Shown piece by piece: positions 46,535 to 57,828 of a stretch of 64,000 bases of DNA (position 1 is its first letter; each line of letters starts with the position of its first letter). Below the pieces are notes generated by a model. The model did no database searches and had not been told where the DNA came from. It saw only the letters and a program-made list of their open reading frames with translations. The DNA is from Cladosporium halotolerans (taxonomy: Eukaryota): contig NW_027191495.1 in NCBI RefSeq assembly GCF_011745625.1, positions 62,001 through 126,000 on the forward strand, given 5' to 3'. Made by a program: the position numbers and the translations under genes.

Positions 46535-48242
46535 ATGACATCGAGAGGTGACGCCAATTGGGAACCACCCGTACAAGCGTTCATGACATGGCTGCAAAAA
46601 CCACGAGTGACTGGGACTCAAGATGCCAGCCTTGGGCTTGAAGACTTTGTACCAATCAGCGAGATAACGAGACACCTACGCCGATATGGCCTGTTGAGGG
46701 AGCTTTTTTCCTATCTCCTTCCCCAAGAAGACGTTCGCGAAGTCGGAAGCATGATACTCAGCAACTACACCATCGTCTTTGCCATACTCGTCCACATCGG
46801 ACGGCCCAGGCAAATCGTCAACTTTCTTCCGCACGACATGCTCTGCGACACTAAACTACCTTTCGAACATCGACCAAGCCAGTTTCCTCTGGACCCATTT
46901 GACGACGATCGCAATTCCTTCTTTGGCCACTTTCAAGCAGTGCAGCCACGATTCTGCCCCAAAAATCTGATCAGGGGTACCTTGAACGTCAGAGACGAGC
47001 AGCGCATGCCCTTCCTGGAGAAAAGCTTCATAGGTCGAGGGGCAAGTGCAAAAGTGTACAAGGTCAAGGTCCATGCTGACTACGACCACATGAAGAAAGA
47101 AGATGGCTCGGTATGATGATATTTGTCCTCAAAAGCATGGGCTGACTTCGAATCCATTGACCAAGAACAGTCCACACCAAGCAAGGAACACATATGGTAT
47201 GCCCTCAAAGCTTACGAGGGCCGTGACAGCAAGAGATACCATGATGCTGAGACCAAGGCGTTCAAGAAGATCCATCGCACTGGTCTAAAGGAATGGCATA
47301 TCGTTGGCTACCATTGTTGCTATGTGCATAGGGGTGCGTACTATGCAATTTTCGAGTTAGCGGACATGGGCACGCTTGAGGAGTACATGAGAATCAACCC
47401 GCCTCCGTCGACGGATGCCGATGTCGCTGCTTTCTGGGCAAGCTTTTTGCCTATGATTGAAGCTATTGTCGAGTTGCACGACATGAATGAATGCGACGAT
47501 GATGAAGATGACGAAGACAGCAATGGCGACAATGACCGCTTGATGCTCTGGTCACGCGATAGGTAATTTAGCACCACCGTGATCTGGGTCAGCAGGAAAG
47601 GACTGATGATTGTGTAGGTTCCAATGCATCCATCAAGACATCAAGCCAAGCAACATTCTGGTTCAGACCAAGCAAAACGCTGCAAATATTTTCGACTGTT
47701 CAATAGGCCTTGCAGATCTCGGTCTGAGCAGCTTACGTAGAATCGATTCGGGCATACCTTTTCGAGATAACTTTGGCACCAAAACGTACGGTGAGTAGAA
47801 AATGGTCTTGCTCGTTGCAGCATACCGAACTGACATACAAGGGGCGCCGGAATGTTTTCGGAAAGACAAAGTCGACGATCGAAGAAACATTAGGGTGACC
47901 CCGAAGGTTGATGTGTGGTCTTTCTTGGCTGTGCTCAGCGAAATATGCGTCTGGGTCACTTATGGGTACAATGGTGCTCATGGCGTTCAGAATTATCGCG
48001 ATAGGCGGACTGAGTTCAACGCAAAAACTGCCCGAGGGTCTGATTGCTTCCACCGCGGCGGCGAGGAGTCTACAGCTGTCGCAGATGAGCACGAGCGCAT
48101 TGCTAATGAGCCAGGATCCGATCACATTACTCGGCAACTTGTTCAGCTTCTGCCAAACGTGTTACGTCAAAATCCAAAGGACAGGCCGTCAGCAACAGTC
48201 TTACGGCAGCATTTTACAGGCATCCTCGCTCGCAGCAAATAG
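46535..48242 (+). CDS. Atypical fungal Ser/Thr protein kinase, about 513 aa; exons 46535-47110, 47171-47562, 47618-47790, 47842-48242
   Basis: GRGASAKVYKV, YALK, HQDIKPSNIL, ADLG, TYGAPE (across intron), KVDVWS; exon lengths sum to 1542 nt in frame; N-terminal FAILVHIG..LCDTKLPF domain. Confidence 0.85.
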
Positions 48243-48550
48243 ATGCCACAGATGGGGGCGATAGAGGTAATGTCACCGAGCATTTCGTTCCAAGAGAGTC
48301 CGGCGGCACCGGAGTGGAAGAGGCCTTTGCGACAAGATGGAAGCTACGTGCTAGAAGGCGAGAGAAGAAAGCTCCTCAAATAGCAGCGCGTGGAACATGC
48401 CAAAGCTAGAATGGGATGTTGGTCTGTCTCATATGATTCTACTGTAGCCTGTAGCTGGTTTTGTCAGTCTACAAAGATCTTCTACCGATCACGGTCAGTC
48501 ATTGCCCCAGACAGTCGATCCGCGAGAGCGTTTCTAGACTGATCGATGAA

Positions 48551-50418
48551 TCACGTGATCGACGATTGGTTGGTAGTTTTCGCCCGGCCTTCTTCTTGCT
48601 CACGAGACTTTCTCCGATAGTTATGCCAAAGAACCAAACAGTACCAAGCGAAGAGTGTAGCCACGAGCAGCGGTAAAGCGACAGCAAGGAACAGCTCCAG
48701 GGCTTTGACGTTCACCACCTCCGAGTGATCTGGATAATGGACGATGGGCGTGCTCATGAGAGTCTGTACCATGATCAATACCTGAAATATCAGGGCTTTG
48801 CTCAAAAATGCTCACCGAAACGAATGTTCCTGGAAGGAAGAACAATGTCACCCACGTGATGATGCGCATGTGCGAGGCCTCCTCGATGGTCTTCTGGGAG
48901 ATCCTTGCTGTCAATTCGGTCATCTCTGCCATGTTACCCGTGGACATCGCTACTGCAATGCTGTGTTGAGAATTGTCCCACTGTAACATGCTTTGAAGCT
49001 GCAGAGTGTCAGTACATTTGGCTGTGGGCACCATTGCCGATTCCATCAAGTATGCTTTACCAAAACTTTTCGATCTGCCAGAATTTGCAAGAGCATTTGC
49101 AAACGGCTCTCTTGCGTCGTCAACTCTGTGATGGTGATGTTGATGTAGCGTTGAAAGTCGCCCAGGGCGGAAGGCGAGAGCTTTGCGCACTCAAGCTCTG
49201 TGGTAAGAACACGCGCCACGTTAGTGTACAGGGCGCAGAGCTCTTTGATGACAGACATATTCCCTCGTAAGACAAGCAGAGCCTCGTTCGCCTTTTCTTC
49301 CATAAAATGAACCTCTTGGAGGTGGCGGAATGAAAAACGTGACCTTGGTTTCCCATTGCCACCAGTCGAGTTTTGATTAAGGGATTCTGTCAGAGTTCCT
49401 CTCGTGAGCCATTGTGCTTTTTCTTCCATGAAGTTGATGTACCATCTCCAATTCTGACCGGCCCATGCACAAATCACGAGGTGAGTACGGAGCGTCGACT
49501 CGAAGGAGTTGCTGGCATCACCATCGGCTGGTGACTGGTATAAACCATTTTCACGACAATCGGCCCTGACTCTGTGCTTGAGAAGCGCATTGGCTTTGAC
49601 GATAAGCCAGACACTCCGTTCGGACTCGACGTCAAAAGCGTGATACGTAACGGTAGGCCGCAAAGCCCAAGGCCAAAATCGGGCAATTTCTCCAGATTGG
49701 TCAACTGGCTCCGCTGATCGTAGAATATGGCAAAGGCGTATCTCACGCCCGCTCCGACCCAATTTGGGGATGGCGAGCATCCTGTCATCATTGCTCAAAG
49801 TGAGAGCAGACCTGAAACCAGTGTATTGAAAATCTTTTGGGTTCTCGGAGACCCCAAAAACAAGCAGAAAGTCAAGTATTTCTGGCATGACCTGATGCCA
49901 TGTCAGCATATGCATCAAGACATTATGCTCCACATTCAGTCTGTCTCTCGAGCTCGGCGCTGAAATGAACCTGTGGTGGGCGGATCAGCCATCTTGTTGG
50001 AGTGGTGACTTGAGTGAAGTTCTGCTTACATAAACCGGCACAGAGGGTCTTCCACATAAGAAGATGCATCGCACATATCAACTTTGCTCAGCTCGCTTTT
50101 GCTTCTCAAGCGCGCTGCAAGACCTTCTGACCTGACATTAGAAGTTTGTCGAGCTGTTTGCTCATCAAGAGGGGTCGTACTTGCACCGTTGCGGAATTCC
50201 AAAAAGTCCACAGTGCTGCTTGGGCCAAAAAGCCTCGATCTGTTGATTTCTGTTTGGCGCAGGTACTCGTTCAGCTGATACGAGTAGATGTTCCTCGATA
50301 TCAGATTTGTTGGGTAGTCTTCGGCGCGATCCATCGAGGCTTTGAATCGATCTAGTAGTGGAGTACAATCGCCATTGCTGCCGATATCCGGGGAAGACAG
50401 GCGCTCTGCGGTAGGCAT
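48551..50418 (-). CDS. Fungal CorA-like protein with two C-terminal TM helices, about 564 aa; exons 50418-50030, 49970-49061, 48998-48816, 48763-48551
   Basis: Splicing gives 1695 nt in frame; DPLCRFMFISAPSSR, LTWHQVMPEILDFLLVFG, long coiled stalk, MRIITWVTLFFLPGTFVSTLMST TM1, LFLAVALPLLVATLFAWY TM2. Confidence 0.82.
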
Positions 50419-50802
50419 GTCGAGTGCCAGCGCAAGATATGCATACGCCTTAGAGCAGAGAGTGAGGAGGGGATTGCAGGATTATGAGAATTTACTACTT
50501 GTGCAACCTGCAGCTTACCCAGCCTCAACCTGCGTCGCTCACTCGACCCGACTGAAGCGCCTGCGACACGCAGAAAGGTCACCCAATTGGAGACCGACGT
50601 GCATCTCGAGCTGAGACAGCACATCGTGAGGCAGGCGCCCTGATGTAAAGTAGTGCTGCTTCTGATATACTCGTGACTGGCTGAACGCCGCCCCAGGCTG
50701 GACGCCACCAAAATCATTCCATTTCTTGCGAGAGACAGCAACGCACTTTGAAAATCACCCTAGCATTCTTGCTACTAGTGTACTTGTTTCGTGAAATCAA
50801 TT

Positions 50803-51142
50803 TCAATCCTCCCAGTCAAATTCATCGCGAGTTCTCAGCCTCTGACTAAGTATAAGGTTTTTGTCCTCCTGGTTCTGTAAGCAAGTCTCTCTTTAGTTCA
50901 CATATATGCACCTAAGGAATTTCTCACCTCTGTCAGAGCACGAGGGACAAAAAACTGGAACACATCAAGGCCTTCCTATTGCGCCTCAGCATTTTCCCCA
51001 CATACTTTTGTCTTGGACGACATACCCGGACCTTGAACGCGTCCTCCGCGCACGCTGGAAAAAGCTGGAAGAGCACTTTTTGGACTAGTTCCTTTGTGAG
51101 GCGATAGCTATTGATCTCTTGCCTGACATTTGCGGTGCTCAT
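50803..51142 (-). CDS. Small 76-78 aa protein, three exons (51142-51026, 50975-50928, 50874 or 50868-50803)
   Basis: Two phase-0 introns with GTATGT/GTGAGA donors, branch points and YAG acceptors join MSTANVRQEINSYRLTKELVQKVLFQLFPACAEDAFKVR-EGLDVFQFFVPRALTE-(NQ)EDKNLILSQRLRTRDEFDWED*. Confidence 0.7.
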
Positions 51143-52078
51143 ACTTCGCGAATTCTGTTCATTTGAAGGTACTGGCCTTCAATTGATACGTCGGATTGAC
51201 AAGGTAGCCAGATAAAAGGAACCTGACTATCGTGAGACGATCAATTTTGAGTAGCAGTTCCTCAGCCGTTCCGAGCTATCGTGCGCGTGCGCTGGCTGGC
51301 CGATACCGTACCTATGCAGGGCGCTGGTGATTACGGCACTCATACATTGCCTGATTGGTGGGCTCACTCCACGGCTGCAGGAGCTGTATGCAGGAGGTGC
51401 ACGATCTAGGCGACTTGCAGTGGCCAGCGCCGTGGCACGAGAGTAGAAGACGCTCATCCGACTTGTGAAAGTTGGCATCCGTAAAAGGATCGACACCAGA
51501 TTCATGTGGCACTGGCGCAACTTGTCATCCAGTGACGGGAGCTTCAAAACTTGCTCGTGCAAGGTAACATGCAGTTGCTGCAGCTGGGAACATGTCGTGT
51601 CGGCACCAAGTGGCATCTGCGAGGGTCCATTGAGCCGTGCTGTATCATCAGCTATCATCAACTTTATCGCAGTAGCAACGTCTAGCCACCGGTATCTACC
51701 GACTTGCAATGCTGTGGCGTTATTGGCGCTGAGTACCTTCGAAAGCGATGCTTGTTTTATGATACTACTCTATTGATGCAGAGTTTCTTCAGGTTGTAAG
51801 CTACTCAGCTAACGGAGAAGTGGAAGACCGTGGCAAGATCCAAGCACAGATCGACAGCTTTGGTGGGGCTGGCGCCAGCGACCTCGCGTTCAACTTCCGG
51901 GTGTGTAGTACACGAGAAGAGGACAACGACAACACCGTACATGCGGCCAAATCTTGAGAGCAACATTTACCATCATCTTTCTCAGCATCCCAAAAAACCC
52001 ACGAGGGGTGTTCTCTGTTGAACGGAGGGTCTCAGCTGAACATCACATAAATCATCCCAATACACTAAAACCGCCACC

Positions 52079-52414
52079 ATGGAAGAACTCCGCACCCTTT
52101 CCGAATACCTCAAGGCGAGTAACGCCGACGGAACTGTCATCCTAGAAGCGACCGCGACATGGTGCTCTCAATGTAAAGCCATCGCGCCGTTCGTCGAGAA
52201 GCTCATCAAGCAGTTTCCCGAGGCCAAATTCTACAAGTACGACACGGATTCTGCTGGCGATATTGCGCAGGAACTCGGTGTCAGCCAGATGCCAGTCTTT
52301 ACGATCTTCAACGACGGCGATCTCGAAGACACAGTCACCGGCGCGAGAGGCAAGGCTCTGGAGGATGCGATTCGGGCGGTTTACAAGGGGAAGGTGGAGG
52401 AGGCCGCGGAGTAA
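52079..52414 (+). CDS. Thioredoxin (atypical WCSQC active site)
   Basis: 111 aa; ATWCSQCKAIAP, IAQELGVSQMPVF cis-Pro loop. Confidence 0.88.
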   Translation: MEELRTLSEYLKASNADGTVILEATATWCSQCKAIAPFVEKLIKQFPEAKFYKYDTDSAGDIAQELGVSQMPVFTIFNDGDLEDTVTGARGKALEDAIRAVYKGKVEEAAE

Positions 52415-52698
52415 TGGCATTGACGTATTGGAGGGCGATTCACTATTTATGACCTGTACAAGTTGCGCACCTCGCGACCATAATGATCCACGCTCACATT
52501 ACCGATCAAATTGATGTTCTCTTGCCCCATGTTGCACCATGATGTGCCCATACCAACTGACCTGGCATCCCTCCCGAACGAGTCTCCCCGCGTCGTCATT
52601 GTTGCCCCACTTCACATGCAAGGGTCCAAGACCTCAGCTTGCTCCAGATCGTCACGTTCACAACAAAACGTACAATACACTTTCTGCCGCACATCAAC

Positions 52699-53889
52699 AT
52701 GTCGGAACCCGAAATTGCAACGAAGGCGCCCGAAAGCGATCTCGCTGAGCGCAGCGCCATCCCTGGCGATAGCGCTGTTGATCAAGGACCGAGTCTCGGC
52801 GTAAGTGGAATCACCAAAATGATGTCAACAGAGCGAATGCTGAGAGTGTCGACAGGAACACTGTGTGACAGATAGACCGACTCGTGAGTATGAGACTTGT
52901 CTGAACCTTCCAAGGCTTTGCTAAAACTTCTACAGCGTCTGGCGCAACACCGACTGGTGTAAGACCTAGACCCCAGCCTGGATACGAACGACCCAGATCG
53001 CTAACCACCTGCCGATAGCAAATCACCAAATTCGATGACATCGAGGCATACGTGACCAAGCCAGCAGACTACCCTCATGCACCTAGCAAGCTCCTGCTCC
53101 TCCTGACCGGAGGCACCGGAGTGCATAGCACGAACAACCAACTGCAAGCAGACAAATATGCCTCCGAGGGCTTCCTCGTAGTCATGCCCGACCAGTACGC
53201 CTGCCATCGGACCCCTCTGCTTAGCCCAAAACTAACATCCTCTCAGATTCGCCGGCGACCCCTCAACAAACACAACCTCCACAGCCCCCACCAACTCCTC
53301 CCCCTCCCTCATCGAGCAAGTAAAGCTCGGCATCGCCAGCGTCGCGAAATCCTTCACGATCGACATGTGGCTTGCGCGCCACACGCCGGAGAAAGTCCTC
53401 CCGCTGCTGCACCGCGTGCTTGCAGCGATCAAGGAAGAGTACGCGGACGCGGTCGCGAACGGCGGCGGCGTCTACGCCGCGGGATACTGCTTCGGCGCCA
53501 AGTACGTGCTGCTGCTTGGCAGCGAGCTGCACCAGGACGTCGTGCAGGGCCAGCGCGCGCCGGAGACGCAAGCAGAGGAGGGCATGGTGACGCAGGGGCC
53601 TGCGATCAAGTGTAGTGCGATCGCGCATGGGATTCTTGGGAAGGCGGATTTGGAGGGTGTGAAGGTGCCGACGAGTGTGGTGGCTGTGGAGGGCGATCCG
53701 TTGTTCCCAGATGAGGTGAGGGATGCGGGAAAGAAGGATATGGAGGAGAGAGGGCTAGAACATGAGCTGCAGGTGTACCCTGGCGTGCCGCATGGGTTTG
53801 CTGTGACGGGAAATTATGATGATCAGGGGATTGCGCAGGCACAGAAGGAGGCGTTCGCGCAGATGCTGGCTTGGTTGAAGGCGCATTGA
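52699..53889 (+). CDS. Dienelactone hydrolase family protein, multi-exon with micro-exons
   Basis: EHCVTDRP, YVTKPADYPH, QADKYASEGFLVVMPDQF, GYCFGAK nucleophile, YPGVPHGFA. Confidence 0.88.
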
Positions 53890-54053
53890 GTGTGCATTTT
53901 ACTCTGGCCTGGACTTCCGACTGCGGTCATCTGGCTTGCTACATGATACCACGATCGACTGCAATTGACATGAAATCTTGAACGCGTGCTTTTGGTTCAT
54001 CTATGCTGGGTATCATTTATCACTCTTTCATGTCCTCGTCTCGTCTCGCGGCC

Positions 54054-54855
54054 TCATATCAGCTCAATGTCGCCTCTTTCCACGCCTTCTCTGACGTCTC
54101 TCCACCTCAGCACCCAAATATCTCCCCTGTGAAGCTCTACGACTCCGACACCTTGCTCTCCCTGGATCTCCACCTGCCCTGCGTCTCTCAGTATCCGACA
54201 GAACACAGCCGTGTCTTCGTCCGGTTTGTCAACCATACTGATTCCACCAGCGGTATCGTCCAACTTCCGCAATCCTTGAGGAAAAGAAGAGAGGAACGCT
54301 GTGTGGTAATGCGAAGACAGGAGGTGTTGGTGGTGGTGTAAGTACTGCGATTCGAGATGTGAGAGATTGGCAGGTGACGTTTGTGACATCGCGAGGGTGT
54401 GATGCGGGTAAGCGTCGATCTGTAGGACAAGATGTCAGCAAATGCTAGCATACAATACAACTTGCAAGTTCCCTGGTACCTTCGCTATGCGCGCTCGTAA
54501 GAGAGAGCGCACGAGGAACTTGAACCGCTCCAGTTCCGTCTGCACGATGACCAGCTTGAAGTTCGCCGAAGGGTCGGCCGTCGCGTTCATCATCTCGATT
54601 GCTTCTATCTTTTGAGGATCCACAATCAGCACACGCTTCGGTAGGGCTCTCCAGGAGTAATATTCTATAGGGATGACGCACTTGTGTCGCTATTCTCTGC
54701 ATGATCCTATCCACCAACTCGCCCGGGTAGGGCAGCAGCTCTGGCGCCGTGCGCTCGTTGACCCATGCTCGCGTGAGCGCTTGCAGGTCGAGTGTCGATT
54801 GAGGGATGGATGGGCCGCCAGAGACGGAGGCGAGGATGTCGGCTATGTCAGCCAT
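54054..54855 (-). CDS. SLD5: GINS complex subunit Sld5, 3 exons
   Basis: LTRAWVNERTAPELLPYP, QTELERFKFLVRSLLRARIAK, MVDKPDEDTAVFCR, GDIWVLRW. Confidence 0.92.
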
Positions 54856-55998
54856 TGTGGTGTGTCGCGCGGTTGCGTGGTGGTCCTAGAGGATGCTGCT
54901 GACGCTCTGCTGATCGCGGGGTTCGCGAGCGAAGTTCTGCTGGGAGGACGCGACGCACGCGACGAGCACTTGAACTCTATTCTTCTCGTGTTGGGAGCCC
55001 GCATGTTTCCTGCATATGCTATATGGTCGTGCAAATCACGCCATTTGACATATTGACCTCGACGTAGAGAAGCATGATATAATATCACGGCGAACCCATG
55101 CGCTTCCCACGGCGCAGCGACATGGAACTGACCTTCAGCCGATATTGCTGCGGCTTTCGAACGTCACCTTGAAAGGGAACTCCGGTCCAGAATGACGCCT
55201 CAAATGGATTCTAATTGCGGAAACGAGCTCCCATCTGGCTCGAGGATGTCTGCGTTACTATATATGCTCCTACGCGTCGGCTCGCTTATTGATCACTCCC
55301 ACTCGGAGACGGTGTGCTCTAGGCAGGCCATTGTCCAACGACGCGTGGTCTTCCGGGAGGGAATCCATTGCCCTCTTTTTTATTTCCAAAGAAGTGAGGA
55401 TCTCATAGGAAGAAGCATCTGGACCTCTCAAGGCAAGAGATCCAGGCCCTCGAGCACTGATGGCTGCCTCGTCAGCTTTCCGCAGGCATCCAGACGCCAG
55501 CCTTCAAAGTCCTTCGGCCCTCCAACTTCGATATCACCCACCAGTCATGATTACAACCAGGATCCATCATATCTATGGAATCCAAAACTGTTTCAGGACA
55601 TAGGTTCCCAGCGCTGATCCACGGCACAGCTATTGGCTGGCCCTGTCGGACCTCACGCGCCGCCTTTCCAAACCTACCCAGAATTACCCGATCAGGCAAG
55701 ATTTCCCTTTTGATACCGCTATCTCTTGATCTCATGATAGCGATGCAACACGACGACCGCTGAATTTCTGTGTAAGGATCGTCTTTCCATGGGCTTTTGA
55801 TCATGATGACCTTCAATTTATCAATGAGAATTCCTTGAAACGGTAAGATGGCTTTGGGCGGCGGTGTATGTGGCGAGAGGCGTAGCGCTCAAAAAAGAGC
55901 CATATGTCTGCCGTGATTGCAGTGAAGGTAGGAAACTCATCTTCTCACTCATAGTCTCCTTGATAGAGTTCAGAATCGTCAATCTCATCATACGCACA

Positions 55999-57411
55999 AT
56001 GTTCAGCTTCCTCAGCAGCGGTGGCACCGCAGCTCAGTCAAAGACTCCAACAGACTCAGAGAAGAAGTCAACGGTCCGGGCACTGCCGGCAGCATGGTAC
56101 ACGACAAAAGAGATGTACGAGTTCGAACGAAGAGCCATCTTCTCCCGCCAATGGCTCTTCCTCACCCACCGCTCGCGAATCCAACAACCTGGCGACTTCC
56201 TCCGCTACAATATGGCCGGCCACGACTTCATCATCATCATGGACCGCAGCAAGAAAATCAACGCCTTCCACAACGTCTGTCGCCACCGCGCCTACACCGT
56301 CGTCGAGAAAGACCAAGGCCGCGCTAACATTCTCTCCTGCCGCTACCACGGCTGGTCATACGGTCTGAACGGCAAACTCGCCAAAGCCCCTGACTACGAC
56401 TCCTTGCGCGAATTTGAGAAGGAAAAGAACAGCCTCTTCCCAATCCACCTGCATATCGACTCCAAGGGCTTCATCTGGGTGAATCTGGACGCCGGCGAAA
56501 CGCCCGAAATCCCTTGGGCTGAAGCCTTCGCAGGCGTCGACGAGCAAGCGCGTTTTGACAAGTTCGACTTCGACCAGTACACGCTCGACCACACGTACGA
56601 GCTCGACGCGAACTACAACTGGAAGATCGCCTCGGACAACTTCAACGAGTGCTACCACTGCAAGACCACGCACCCGGACGTCCCCACCTTCCTCACGATC
56701 GACAGCCACGACGTCGAGCTCAAGAAAGGCCACATGGAGCACGACCAAGCCCCGACCGAAGAGCAGAAAGCGAAGGGCTACGACGTCAATTCGACGTACT
56801 ACTTCCCCAACGTCTCCATGTCCGTGTCGTACGTCCCTCAAATCCCGCGTCCCCCATCCCGCCCCTTCCATCCAAAGATTCAGCTGACCTCCCTCCAAGA
56901 CCGCACTTCATGATGATCCAGAAATTCCTCCCCACCTCCGCAACAACCACCAAAGTGCACTACGAAGTCTACCGCAGCACCTCCCCCGCCTCGTCGGAAG
57001 CCGACTTCCGCACCATAGCAGACACTTACGCGCGCGTGATGCAAGAGGACAAAGCGCTGTGCGACCGCGCGCAGGCGAACCTCAACGCGGGCGTCTTCGT
57101 CAACGGCGAGTTGCATCCGAGGTGGGAGAAAGGTATTGCTATCCCTCGTCCCTGGCTACCTGTCCTGTTCGAGCTGTGCTAACTTATTGGGGGCGATAAC
57201 AGGGCCACTGCACTTCCAATCGCAAGTCCGCGCGGTGATCACGGAGCATTTCAGGCGCGAGAGGGCGCTGGGGAGGGAGATTTGGCCGGCGCGGCAGAGG
57301 GTGCCGAGGGATGGGGTGAGCGAGGCGGACATGGAGATTTGCGAGGGGTTGGGGTGTGGGGTTGTTGAGAAGGGGGGGTTGGGGGTAAGGGAGGGGATTT
57401 TGAGCTGGTGA
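55999..57411 (+). CDS. Rieske non-heme iron oxygenase (choline monooxygenase/CntA-like), 3 exons
   Basis: FHNVCRHRA..SCRYHGWSY Rieske motif; NWKIASDNFNECYHCKTTHP mononuclear Fe site; QEDKALC. Confidence 0.9.
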
Positions 57412-57828
57412 GTGGATTTGGGATGCATTGATGAGTCGGTTGCGCTTTGAGGGTCCGTGTGATATTCGGGTTTGGCGTGGCGTTGCAATTGAGGCGTTTT
57501 CAGCGTTGCTTCGGTTCTTGTGGCTTTCGGTTCCTCTGGGTTTTGGGTATGGCGTTGAACGTGTTTTTTCATCTTTGTAGGCTTTTTAGATATGAAACGA
57601 ATCATGACTTCACGAGTACCATCAGAGGCCACCTTGTCACTTGCGAGATCGCTATATCTTTAGAAAGCTGTCCGCCATAATCGAGGCTTGAGACCCATTG
57701 AGAAAGATAAGTCGTTCGTAAGATGTATGCCATTCGTCTCTACATAACCCTAAGATCGCAGCTCACAATCTCGCCGGCCTGCAGTCTATCTCAGCGTTCA
57801 TTCGCCGAGACAAACGGAAGATCAGCAC

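Noticed and set aside
51227..51709. 160-aa minus-strand ORF at the right side of the island
   Set aside because: Non-ATG start in the track, no motifs or codon bias; cannot be supported, though a degenerate fourth gene is not excluded
57745..57753. TAACCCTAA, matching a TTAGGG telomerase RNA template
   Set aside because: Lies in a gap of about 420 bp between two convergent gene ends, too small for a roughly 2-kb fungal telomerase RNA; a 9-mer can occur by chance
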